Source: an uncultured Candidatus Woesearchaeota archaeon (GTDB lineage Archaea > Nanobdellota > Nanobdellia > Woesearchaeales > DSVV01). Taken from it: a DNA stretch of 64,000 nucleotides. Location of the stretch: contig OY970338.1 in NCBI GenBank assembly GCA_963717515.1, positions 1,236,861 through 1,300,860 on the forward strand. The letters run 5' to 3'. Of the stretch, positions 17,396 through 26,626 are shown piece by piece. The first letter of the stretch is position 1. Every line of letters begins with the position of its first letter. The notes beneath the pieces were generated by a model, which saw only the letters and a program-made list of their open reading frames with translations, had not been told where the DNA came from and did not search any database. The position numbers were made by a program, and so were the translations under genes.

Positions 17396-19012
17396 ATGGG
17401 GCTGAATCATTTTTTCATGCAATGGTATTACTGGGTCCTGCTTGCCATGTTTCTTGCCGTTGTCCTGCTCTTCATCTGGAACATCATCGCAGGCGCATTC
17501 AACAGGAAATGGTTCAATGCTTTTTCAGCAGTGCTCTTCATACTGATACTGTTTCTCGGTGCATACCTCCGCCATGTCAATGTAATGAACAATGACCCTG
17601 TGGAATCACTGTCGACAGAATACAAGCTGGGTGCGAAGACCTTCTACGAGAACCAGCAGTACAGGGTGTGCTACAGCGGGACGATCCATGACTGTGAGAT
17701 CCCCTATCAGCTGCCCAGGCATGTGCAGGGCTATCCCTTCCTCGTATCCCTGATGTATTATTTCACAGGATTCTCAGAGTATCTTGTCCACGTGTTCAAT
17801 GCTGTTGTCAGCATCCTCATAATTGTCCTTGCATATCTCCTGTCATATGCCTATTTCAGGGACAGGAAAACAGCGGTGCTCTCATCCCTGGGAGCAGCAG
17901 TCCTTCCTCTCATCATCGTATGGGGGACCACGGGCGAGGTGGTCATAACCAACATATTTTTCATTAGCCTCTCCCTGTTCTGCATCAAGATTGCCGCTGA
18001 TTCGAACGGCTTCTGGCAGTACATGCTCGCGTTTTTCACCTGCCTCTTCACAACGCACATGAGGGCTGAGAATGTCGTGCTCCTCCTGATCCTCGCATAT
18101 TTTTTTATCAGGGGCAATCATTCAAAGATCAAAAATCAGCTGGAAGGCGTTCCGAAACTTGGGCCAGCGAAGATTTCAATGCTTGGCATCGCCCTGCTCA
18201 TGTTCGTGTTCAACATCCTTTTTGTCAAATTCGCATCAGGTCAGCACGGCGGACTAGTGGGAGCGACGATAATCAGGGACATCAAAGTCCAGACCCTGTA
18301 CATCTTCGAGATATTGGCAGGGAAATACATGCTAGCTCTGAGCATTGGATTTATTTTGCTGCTGCTGGCAAAAAAATACAGGAAAAGCGCTTTGCCGTTA
18401 ATCCTGTTCTTCTTCATCCATCTCCTTATGGTGGTCTCGTTCCACCAGAATTTCCCGTCGGGTACAGACATCCATGCAGGCGCAGGAAACACAGAGAGAT
18501 ATTTCATGTCTGTGGCCCTTGTGCTGATAGTATGCGGAGTGCAGGGGCTGTGGTCTGCAGTTGAGAAAGCGGAAAAGGCAATCCGGCCATTCGCGGAGTT
18601 CAAGCAGGCAAGAACGATATGGAAGGTCTCTGCATTTATCCTTATTGGGCTGTATTTCCTCTCATTTGCAGGATTCTCTGTACACAGGATATCAGGTCCT
18701 TCTGGTACCTATTCGAATGTATCCTTCCGGAAAGTGATAGATGAGCTCAGGCCCGAAAAGCTCTATGTCAGCTCCTACGAGGTCGCGCAGTATGCCCAGG
18801 TCGTGACTGACGATGTCCCGGTGACAGTAGACAGGGATAAGGGCTCGTTGAGATTCTCAGGCAACAGGACAGGGGTGTATTACATCGAGCTGGTATCGGA
18901 ATATTTCCCTGAGAAATCCAGCGACTACCTGTCGAGCAGGGGGATTACGCCTGCTGAGAAGCACGGGGTATTCTGGTTCTACGACATCGATGGAAACTTT
19001 CATCAGCAATAA
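17396..19012 (+). CDS. GT-C fold membrane glycosyltransferase (ArnT/PMT family 39/83-like)
   Basis: 538 aa, about 11 TM segments followed by a soluble C-terminal domain. The architecture and GYPFLVSLMYYFTG resemble PMT_2/ArnT-type enzymes. It is a paralog of 48763..50280. Confidence 0.5.
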   Translation: MGLNHFFMQWYYWVLLAMFLAVVLLFIWNIIAGAFNRKWFNAFSAVLFILILFLGAYLRHVNVMNNDPVESLSTEYKLGAKTFYENQQYRVCYSGTIHDCEIPYQLPRHVQGYPFLVSLMYYFTGFSEYLVHVFNAVVSILIIVLAYLLSYAYFRDRKTAVLSSLGAAVLPLIIVWGTTGEVVITNIFFISLSLFCIKIAADSNGFWQYMLAFFTCLFTTHMRAENVVLLLILAYFFIRGNHSKIKNQLEGVPKLGPAKISMLGIALLMFVFNILFVKFASGQHGGLVGATIIRDIKVQTLYIFEILAGKYMLALSIGFILLLLAKKYRKSALPLILFFFIHLLMVVSFHQNFPSGTDIHAGAGNTERYFMSVALVLIVCGVQGLWSAVEKAEKAIRPFAEFKQARTIWKVSAFILIGLYFLSFAGFSVHRISGPSGTYSNVSFRKVIDELRPEKLYVSSYEVAQYAQVVTDDVPVTVDRDKGSLRFSGNRTGVYYIELVSEYFPEKSSDYLSSRGITPAEKHGVFWFYDIDGNFHQQ

Positions 19013-19033
19013 GGGCATGGCTGTGTCTATTTG

Positions 19034-21031
19034 CTAGATATCATGGATGTTTTCCAGCCTTATCATGAAATCGACAAATCCGCTCATATCGTCCCTGTTC
19101 TGCTCAAGCGGTTCGGTCCTTATATCGACATGGCCGCCGAGCCTCTTCCAGTTCTCGATGCCTTTTATAGTCTGCTCAAAGCTCCCTCTTACCTGAGTAA
19201 TCTCATCATGAAAATCCGGCAGATGGCTGAACAGCTGGACTGAAATCCTATGCAAGCCAGTCCTTCTTAATTCTTTGCAGTATCTTTCAATTGACAGCAT
19301 TCTGGCGTTGGTATATAATATCACGTCAAGTCCAGCATCTTTCAGCCCCCTAATTATCAAAAACAGTGAATTAACCAGTGTCGGTTCCCCTCCACTTAAT
19401 ATGATTGTGCTGTATCTTCTCTTCAGATTTTTCATTTCTCCCACTATCTTGTCATAATTCCATATCTCATCAGCACAATCGTCAAAATATGACTTATTGT
19501 TGGATGATCTGATGAGATTGATCGTCTTTTGGGTCTTTTTCTTCATGTCACTATATCCTTTTAGAACGTATTGATATGCCTTCTGCTTGTCCCTGAACCT
19601 TTCAAATGCATAAAACAGCTCATAGGTGTTTGACCTGTAGTAGTCCTCTCCTATCTTCTTAAAAATGTTGAATAATTTTTTTAACTTGATGTTCCTGTAT
19701 GACTTCACAGTTTTCAGCTCTTCCCATGAATGGCCGCCGATCTCGTCATACGCGAATTCTCCGCTTGTCAGATGCCTGTGAGAGCCTACCCTGGAACGGA
19801 TCTTTATCCCGAACCTTTCCGGGTGCAGGAAAATCTCGGATTTTACAAGATAAAAATCACACACGTTCATCTGGTCGATGAAATCTATATTCTGAAGTAT
19901 GAAATCAAACGTGTCTTCAAAATCTTCCTCTGTTTCCTGCGGCAGGCCCACGATGATGTTCAATGAGACCCACATTCCGCATTCATGGGCCTTCTGGACA
20001 GCTTTCTTTGCAATATCGGATGTGTATCCCTTCCTTATCTTCTTGAGCATCCTGTTGCTTGCTGTTTCCAGCCCGAATGTGATATAGAACAGCCCGGACT
20101 TTCGCAACGGCGGCAGCAATCCTGTGTCAATATTGCATCTTGCGCTTCCGCACCACAAGAAATCCAGACCCTGCCTCACCATCTCCTGCGAAAGCTCCAG
20201 GGTTTTTTTTGTGTCAATCTCAATATAAGAGTTCAGGACAAAGAAGTATCTTGAATCGAATTTTTCAGACAACGCCTTCATCTCTTTTACAGTATTATCG
20301 ACGCTCTTGATGACCGGGGGCGGGCTGTCGCCTATGGAAGCACCGCAGAATGAGCACCTGTACGGGCAGTTCATCGACCAGAGGTAAGGTATTATGAATA
20401 TCCTGCCGGGGTTTCTGTAATAATAATATTCCGGTACATTCCTGTAACAATCAAAAGGGAGTCCTGTAAAATCAGGCATGGGTTTCGGAAAATCGCCGTC
20501 ACATCCCGTATCGTCATGGTCCTCACCCTTGATAAGCCTGAGTAATTGCCTTTCTCCCTGGCCTATAATCACTTCATCTATGAAATCGAATCTCTCTTTA
20601 AGGTCGCTGGTTGCGCTTTCTCCGCCAAATATTATCTTTGTCTTCTCGTCTCTGTCTTTGATACTCTTTGAGATCAACAATGCGTAATCCTTGGAAGAGC
20701 CTTCAATGATGGAGAATCCGATGGCGTCAAACCCTTCATAGTCAAGCTTGCTCAGCATAATTCCGGTCAGCTCATCCAGGATGGGGCTGGTCTTCCTGTC
20801 AAGAAGATAGTCTTCAAGCTCTTGTTGTGAATAGCTTTGCTGCAGCGACAACAACCTGATATAGCTTCTCTTATCACATATGAATCTTATCTCAAGATCG
20901 TCAAGGACTGATTTGTGGCCATGCATATTAAGATATGATGAGATATGGGCAATGCCTAACGGCGGTATCGAAATCAGACCCACTCCTTCATTGACAAAGT
21001 TCCTGGGCGGCATGACTAATTTTATTCTCAT
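19034..21031 (-). CDS. B12-binding radical SAM enzyme fused to a C-terminal rSAM-like domain lacking the cluster cysteines
   Basis: N-terminal cobalamin-binding-type domain (MRIKLVMPP...PPLGIAHISSYL), then rSAM CPYRCSFC. The C-terminal 190 aa or so align to the short rSAM paralogs (GGEPTL, YTNARML) but have SNNKSYFD where the paralogs have CNNRCIFC. Confidence 0.85.
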   Translation of the reverse strand: MRIKLVMPPRNFVNEGVGLISIPPLGIAHISSYLNMHGHKSVLDDLEIRFICDKRSYIRLLSLQQSYSQQELEDYLLDRKTSPILDELTGIMLSKLDYEGFDAIGFSIIEGSSKDYALLISKSIKDRDEKTKIIFGGESATSDLKERFDFIDEVIIGQGERQLLRLIKGEDHDDTGCDGDFPKPMPDFTGLPFDCYRNVPEYYYYRNPGRIFIIPYLWSMNCPYRCSFCGASIGDSPPPVIKSVDNTVKEMKALSEKFDSRYFFVLNSYIEIDTKKTLELSQEMVRQGLDFLWCGSARCNIDTGLLPPLRKSGLFYITFGLETASNRMLKKIRKGYTSDIAKKAVQKAHECGMWVSLNIIVGLPQETEEDFEDTFDFILQNIDFIDQMNVCDFYLVKSEIFLHPERFGIKIRSRVGSHRHLTSGEFAYDEIGGHSWEELKTVKSYRNIKLKKLFNIFKKIGEDYYRSNTYELFYAFERFRDKQKAYQYVLKGYSDMKKKTQKTINLIRSSNNKSYFDDCADEIWNYDKIVGEMKNLKRRYSTIILSGGEPTLVNSLFLIIRGLKDAGLDVILYTNARMLSIERYCKELRRTGLHRISVQLFSHLPDFHDEITQVRGSFEQTIKGIENWKRLGGHVDIRTEPLEQNRDDMSGFVDFMIRLENIHDI

Positions 21032-23341
21032 CTATATCTTCTCCGCAACCCGCTCTTTTCCCACAAAGAACAGCAAGTACGCGAACATCTCGATCTCATC
21101 CATCTTATTGATCCAGAATCCATCTTCATCCTCAGACAGGACTCCGAGCGCCTTGAGCGCCATAACTGCATGACTGAAATCCCTGCCAGGATTTCTGCCG
21201 AACCGAGACAAATAATCCACTTTATATAATCTGAACCCATGGACGAGATTGTTGACTATGTATTTAACTTTTTCGAAGTCCTTTGAATAGCTTGTAGCAT
21301 AATTAACCATTGCAGCTTCATTTGTCGGGAATTTTTTCAGGAAAATATGCTTATTGGAACCTTTGTTCATTATCTTGTAATCCAGGGAATAGGGTATAAT
21401 TGGGTTGGCATAGTAACCCAGCCCGAATACAGCATGCTGGTCGGAGCTGTGATGAAAATATTTGTACCGGCAAGGAGGCCTATAATTCTTGTTGAAGAAC
21501 TGTGTCGGATGGATGAATCCTAGCGTTTCATGGGCTTGCGCCCTGAAGCCTGCTTCATCAGCAATCCTGAATATGTCCCTTGAGACTGATTCATGGAGCT
21601 TGAAATAGAATTCATTGAACTTTTCAAGCGATTTGTAATTCTTGGTTATGTATTCCATATCAGTCATGATGGGATAGATGAATATTGAGTCAGGCCCGAA
21701 AGCTGCCAATTTCCTGAATGAACGGATGAATGCATCTTTATTATCACCCTTTAAGCCCAGAACAAGATCTGCATTCTTGGTCTGGATGCCTGCAACTCCC
21801 ATATCGTGCAAGGCATTCTTGACTGAGTCTATGTCCTGCACTGACCTGTTGTTCAGCCTTAGGACTTCTTCTGAGAGCGACTGAACGCCGATTGAAACTT
21901 TGTTGAATCCGATCTCTTTTGCTGTGCTGAGCTTTTCCAACGATGAAGTGCCGGGGTTGAATTCAATCACTTTCTGTGAGCTCTTATGGAATGCGAACCT
22001 GGAGAACAATCTGCCGAACAACACCTTCATCTGCAGGACAGAGAGAAGCGAGGGTGTCCCTCCCCCTGCATAGAACGACCTGAATTCCACGCCTGAAAAT
22101 ACTTCCGAGTACTCGTCTATTTTCCTCATCAGGTACTTAACATATCTATCCATGCTCCTGCTGTCATAGCCTGTGGAGGGGTAAATACAATATGAGCACA
22201 TGCTTGTGCAGAAGGGTATGCTCAGATAGAAATCATACTGGATCTTGCCGTCATTGTTTTCCTGTATGAACTTTTTCCATGCATCCCTGACTTGCCCTTC
22301 GCTCAGCTCCCCTATGTCCTCTCTCAGGAACATATCATGGATTGTTTCGAAGCTGTTCCTGAAATCCACCTTTTCCTGGACATTTTTGTAAAATTCAAGC
22401 TCAGCCTGATACTGTTCCCTGTTTCTGTTCTCACCATATTTTGTTGATTTCGATACCGGCTTGAGCTCATCGAACCCGTACAGCTTCACGTATCCTTCAA
22501 ACAGCCCGCCGCAGACAGGGTCATATATGCAGTCCTTGCATGCTTCTCCCTTTATCTTGCCGTCCTCGACGTGCCTTACCCTGCTCCCGCTCTCGCGCTC
22601 AAGCTCCCATCGGCTGTCCTTGAGCAAAAGCTCACCGCAGCAGTCTTCATAACCTCTCAAAAAACACGGTGGGATAGAGCAGCCTGTGAATGAGAAGCCC
22701 ATGCCATTCTTCCTACAGTAGTCAAGTGCATTCCTGAGATAAGGGACTGCTTCTGATATCTTAGGGACTATCCATCTGTTCTTCCAGGCATTGCCCGCAG
22801 GCATGACAAATGAGAATGTGATATGCAGCTTTCCGAACTTGTTGTAGATGAACTTCACAAACTCAAGGATTTCCTTGTAGTTCTCCTTGTTTATCACAAA
22901 GCTTATGTCAGTCCGGATGCCCGTATCGACGAAACTGCTTATGGCTCTTGTGCTCTTATCAAACCCACCAGGCACCCTGGTCAGCCTGTCTGATACCTCT
23001 TTTTTATGGGAATGAAGAGATACAAGGACATTATCGATACCTGATTCTTTTACTTTTTCTGCAAAACCAGGGATGGATGCCACAAGCCCGTTTGTGCAGA
23101 GAGTTATCTTCGACGGTTTTCTTTGCCTGACCAACCTGGCAATCCGGAAAAGGTTTCTGCTGATGGTCGGTTCTCCGCCATCAATCACTACTTCTGTCCC
23201 TTTTTCAATAGAGCTGATGGTCTTTATCAGCATGCCAATAGAAGGGTCTGTCCTGTTGACATCCTCTCTGTCATAGGAACAGAACAGGCAGTTCTGGTTG
23301 CAGAGTTCAGTCAGGAACAATTGCTTTATTGATCTTTTCAA
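21032..23341 (-). CDS. Tandem double radical SAM protein: short 'CNQNCLFC' rSAM with C-terminal Cys module, fused to a HemN/HemZ-like rSAM
   Basis: Domain 1 has ELCNQNCLFCS, DGGEPT, IPPCFLRGYEDCC and CKDCIYDPVCGG. Domain 2 has IPFCTSMCSYCIYP and FYAGGGTPSLL, typical of oxygen-independent coproporphyrinogen-oxidase-like enzymes. Confidence 0.85.
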   Translation of the reverse strand: MKRSIKQLFLTELCNQNCLFCSYDREDVNRTDPSIGMLIKTISSIEKGTEVVIDGGEPTISRNLFRIARLVRQRKPSKITLCTNGLVASIPGFAEKVKESGIDNVLVSLHSHKKEVSDRLTRVPGGFDKSTRAISSFVDTGIRTDISFVINKENYKEILEFVKFIYNKFGKLHITFSFVMPAGNAWKNRWIVPKISEAVPYLRNALDYCRKNGMGFSFTGCSIPPCFLRGYEDCCGELLLKDSRWELERESGSRVRHVEDGKIKGEACKDCIYDPVCGGLFEGYVKLYGFDELKPVSKSTKYGENRNREQYQAELEFYKNVQEKVDFRNSFETIHDMFLREDIGELSEGQVRDAWKKFIQENNDGKIQYDFYLSIPFCTSMCSYCIYPSTGYDSRSMDRYVKYLMRKIDEYSEVFSGVEFRSFYAGGGTPSLLSVLQMKVLFGRLFSRFAFHKSSQKVIEFNPGTSSLEKLSTAKEIGFNKVSIGVQSLSEEVLRLNNRSVQDIDSVKNALHDMGVAGIQTKNADLVLGLKGDNKDAFIRSFRKLAAFGPDSIFIYPIMTDMEYITKNYKSLEKFNEFYFKLHESVSRDIFRIADEAGFRAQAHETLGFIHPTQFFNKNYRPPCRYKYFHHSSDQHAVFGLGYYANPIIPYSLDYKIMNKGSNKHIFLKKFPTNEAAMVNYATSYSKDFEKVKYIVNNLVHGFRLYKVDYLSRFGRNPGRDFSHAVMALKALGVLSEDEDGFWINKMDEIEMFAYLLFFVGKERVAEKI

Positions 23342-25150
23342 TTACATCACCGAGCTTGTCGAATACAGGATATATCTCTTTATGGCTGAACACTTCTGCA
23401 TAATTTTCCGGCACCCCGAAACATATCTTCTTGAGCGTGCAGACCGAACACGGCTCATAGAAATTGTTCTGGCGCACCCCGTCATGGCTCATGTTGTCGT
23501 CGAAATGGAGATATGAACTTTTTGTGTTCCTTACTATCTCCATGGATGGCGCGGAATATTCCTCGTATCCCCTGAGATAGCAGAGCGGCATCCTGTCGAC
23601 GACAGCCTTCAGCCTGTTGTTTTTAATGTATTCCAGTGCCCTGTAGACCCCTAGCTCTGAATCGCTCATCTTCACGAGTGGCTCCATGTTCTTTTTCGCC
23701 TGGTTCACAGGGTCTATGAAAATGAAGTTGAACATGCCCATGTCAGGATATCTCTTGTGCAGGAACCTTACATGCTCAAGAAGGTGCTTATGGTTGTATG
23801 AACATATGACTATGCCGAAACTGAGCTTCTCTCTTTTCCATGAATGTATGCTGTCCATCGCCTTCAATGCAAGGCCGTAATCCTTTGCAGAGCCTGTTAT
23901 GGTCTCATAGAGCTTCCTGTCTGATGCATGGAACGAGACGAGAAAGTCGATATCAAAGGCGTCAATGAGGCGCTTGAAAAAGCTCCTGCTCGACAGCAGG
24001 GTGCCGTTTGTCTGTAGGATAATCTTATGGATGCCTTTTTGTTTGCAGTAATTCAGAAATTTCGGCAGGTCTTTGTTGAGAGTAGGCTCTCCGCCTGTCA
24101 GGGTCAGATTCGTAGCACCTCTCATGATTGCGTAATCAAGCTTTTTTTTAGCTCGGAAAAAGGCATTGTCGTATTGTCGCAAGTAACAGAGCAAAATGCA
24201 CATTTCTGATTGCACCTGTTGTCTATCTGGAGGATGATATGGTCCTGCTTCTTGAGCCTGGGCACAAGCTCCTTGTCGCCGTGAATATTGATATAGTTCT
24301 GGTTCAGCCCGGGGCACCTGGGCTCAAGCTCGCATTCAGAGCACACGTCCGGCTTTGAATAATAGTTGGCCCTCCTGTTTATGCTCCCTTCCTCGAGCAG
24401 ACCTGTGAATGACGGCTCGTCGAATGCCTCTCTCCTGACCTCGCTGCAGTATTCCTCGAAGCCAGGCAGGAAACAGAGCGGGACAAACTCGATCCTGAAT
24501 CCCATGCCCCTGTCCAGGATGTACTGGAATGCCTCGAGCATATGGGGCTTTGCATCAGTGAGCCTTGGCACTATCCACTTGTTCTTCATGGCGTTATTCG
24601 TGGGGTCGACAAAATTATAGCTGAAATGCCTGATATGCGGAAAATTCTTTTCTGAAAATATCACCATGTCCTGAAGATCCCTGTAGTTCAGCGCATTGAT
24701 GACAGTCGTGAAATACGCATGGATCCTGTATTTCTCCACATTCTTCACACCTCTGCAGAACTGGTCAAAATCTCCGTCCCCCCGGGAAAGCTTTGGAAAT
24801 ATATCTTTTTTATTGGTATGATAGGAGATGTCGAACTTGTCAAGCCCTGACTTGATATATGCCTTAAGCAGTTTTTCATCATGGAGCCTGGAGGCATTTG
24901 TCTGCACAGAGACCTCTTCAAATCCCTGGGCCTTTGCATACCTGATGAGTTCTGGCAGGTCATCCCTGAGAGTGGGCTCTCCGCCTGTGAACATCACTTC
25001 TGTCACATCCTCTTTTTTGAGGTCGTCGATTGTCTTTTTTGCCTCTTCAAATGACAGCTCTGCATCCGAGTTCGGTGCTGAGCAGAACACGCAGTCCTGG
25101 TTGCACTTCCTGCTGACCTGCACAGTCCCAAGCACATGCCTTTTTTTCAT
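23307..25150 (-). CDS. Tandem double radical SAM protein interrupted by a -1 frameshift at an A8 run (track ORFs 24122..25150 and 23307..24317)
   Basis: Domain 1 has RKCNQDCVFCS, FTGGEPTL, VPLCFLPGFEEYC and CSECELEPRCPG. Domain 2 starts in the same frame (DNRCNQKCAFCS...MPFSELKK) and continues only in the -1 frame (KLDYAIMRGATNLTLTGGEPTL...MPLCYLRGYEEY...CSVCTLKKICFG). The Cys-motif to GGEPT spacing across the shift is 30 aa, against 32 aa in domain 1. Confidence 0.75.
24142..24149 (-). other. A8 homopolymer (T8 on the plus strand) at the frameshift point; A-AAA-AAA-type slippery run
   Basis: The minus strand reads gag cta aaa aaa agc ttg. Shifting -1 after the lysine codons gives aag ctt gat tac, which restores the second rSAM domain. 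Confidence 0.8.
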
Positions 25151-25659
25151 TTTATAACCTTGATCAGCTCCAGGAACTTATCCTGGGAAAATCGTTTCTC
25201 TCTGCTGTCCCGCCATCCTGTCACCAGCTTCTCAAGATTGAAGATCCCTTTCTCGAAAAGCTCAAACTCCCCGACAGCCCTCAGTGAGAATAATAGCTCT
25301 ACCCAAGGGGTTATGTCATCCTTTTCATACGAGAGGCTTTCGACAAAAAACCCCGCACTGAGTATGAAATCGTCGAAGATGTAATACATGTTCCCTATCA
25401 ATGAATAGAACAGGCCGATGGTCCTGTCAAGACCCGAATCTCCTGTCCTCTTCCTCTCGGTCAGGAGCATCCTGAGTATCTCCCGCGCCTCACCGATGGC
25501 CTTTTCAAGCTCATCGTTTTTCTGGAACCTGAGGCAGAGGTTGTAAGAGAATATCTCATCATGAGGCTCTCCAAGGCCATACGGGATGGGCCTTCTGTCT
25601 ATCGGAAACCCCAAAGTCCTTTCGAGTTCAGCAATCCTATCCGATATCATGTAGTCCAT
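25147..25659 (-). CDS. Hypothetical protein, predicted helical, embedded in the rSAM operon
   Basis: 170-aa ORF with 4-nt overlap to the downstream rSAM gene and a 1-nt gap to the upstream gene. No motif recognised. Confidence 0.5.
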   Translation of the reverse strand: MDYMISDRIAELERTLGFPIDRRPIPYGLGEPHDEIFSYNLCLRFQKNDELEKAIGEAREILRMLLTERKRTGDSGLDRTIGLFYSLIGNMYYIFDDFILSAGFFVESLSYEKDDITPWVELLFSLRAVGEFELFEKGIFNLEKLVTGWRDSREKRFSQDKFLELIKVIK

Positions 25660-25660
25660 C

Positions 25661-26626
25661 TTAATCGAAATCGAGCATGAACCAGCCTTCTTTTCTATCG
25701 ACCGTTTTTATGGTCCTGTTCCCCTTGCAGATCTTGAGCTTGCCGTCTTTTTCCAGTATCCTGTCGCCTTTCCTGACTAAGTCATAGAAACCGACAGTGT
25801 CTTCCGGCCTGGCAGGGTTGTCGATGTAGACGCTGTCCCTGTATCTTATCTCATCGCCTTTCATGTTCCCGTCGAACATCATGAAATTCCTCTCCCCGAA
25901 CACAAGAAGAGGCCTTTTTAGGAGCTCCCGGGTCTTTTTCACGAATCCCGGCTCGGCATCCATAATCCTGTTTTCGACATCAGCCGCATAGGCGATCGTA
26001 TTCTCGCACCTGTATGAACACGGTATGTGATGTATGTAGAAGAATGTCTTGTCCATCAGGAAATTGTTGCAGAGATATGAGCCTTTTGCCCCTTTTCCGT
26101 CATATTCTGTATTCTTGTACGTCTCATGCGGGTGGCTGTAGAGTCTCCAGTTGTTGTATCTCCTGAAGAAATCCACGCAGCAGTCCGGGAACCCGAGAAG
26201 CCTGCCGAACCTCAGATGGTCGACAAAGGGCTTGTTTATGCTCCGGTTGCCTATGACGACGGAATACCAGCCGAATTTTTTTGCCTTCAGCGCATCTTCC
26301 CTGGAATCTGATACGAACACATGGACCTCTCCTTCTTTCATCTTTTCATGGAACCGCTCCCCTACCTGGAAAGTGGTCGTGATATTCTCAGCACCGACAA
26401 TGCCTGCCTTGCCGGTCTTCGGTGTCCTGAATACAACATCTGTCTCGATAAAGAGCCCATAATCTTTGCAGATATTCCTGAACTCGTCAAAGACATTCAC
26501 GTCGATCCAGTCATCATAGCTTCTTTTCACTCCGAGCGCAGCAGCCACAAACATAGGGTACTGGTCTGAGTTCTTCAGCCTGACGTACTCTTTTGCGAAT
26601 TTTTTCGGTACATACTGCCCAATCAT
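25661..26626 (-). CDS. Conserved-looking hypothetical protein with GFPDCC and HHIPCSYRC motifs
   Basis: 321-aa ORF overlapping the upstream rSAM gene by 4 nt. The Cys pattern LLGFPDCCVDFF ... YIHHIPCSYRCENT recalls an archaeal DUF family, but I cannot name it with certainty. Confidence 0.55.
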   Translation of the reverse strand: MIGQYVPKKFAKEYVRLKNSDQYPMFVAAALGVKRSYDDWIDVNVFDEFRNICKDYGLFIETDVVFRTPKTGKAGIVGAENITTTFQVGERFHEKMKEGEVHVFVSDSREDALKAKKFGWYSVVIGNRSINKPFVDHLRFGRLLGFPDCCVDFFRRYNNWRLYSHPHETYKNTEYDGKGAKGSYLCNNFLMDKTFFYIHHIPCSYRCENTIAYAADVENRIMDAEPGFVKKTRELLKRPLLVFGERNFMMFDGNMKGDEIRYRDSVYIDNPARPEDTVGFYDLVRKGDRILEKDGKLKICKGNRTIKTVDRKEGWFMLDFD

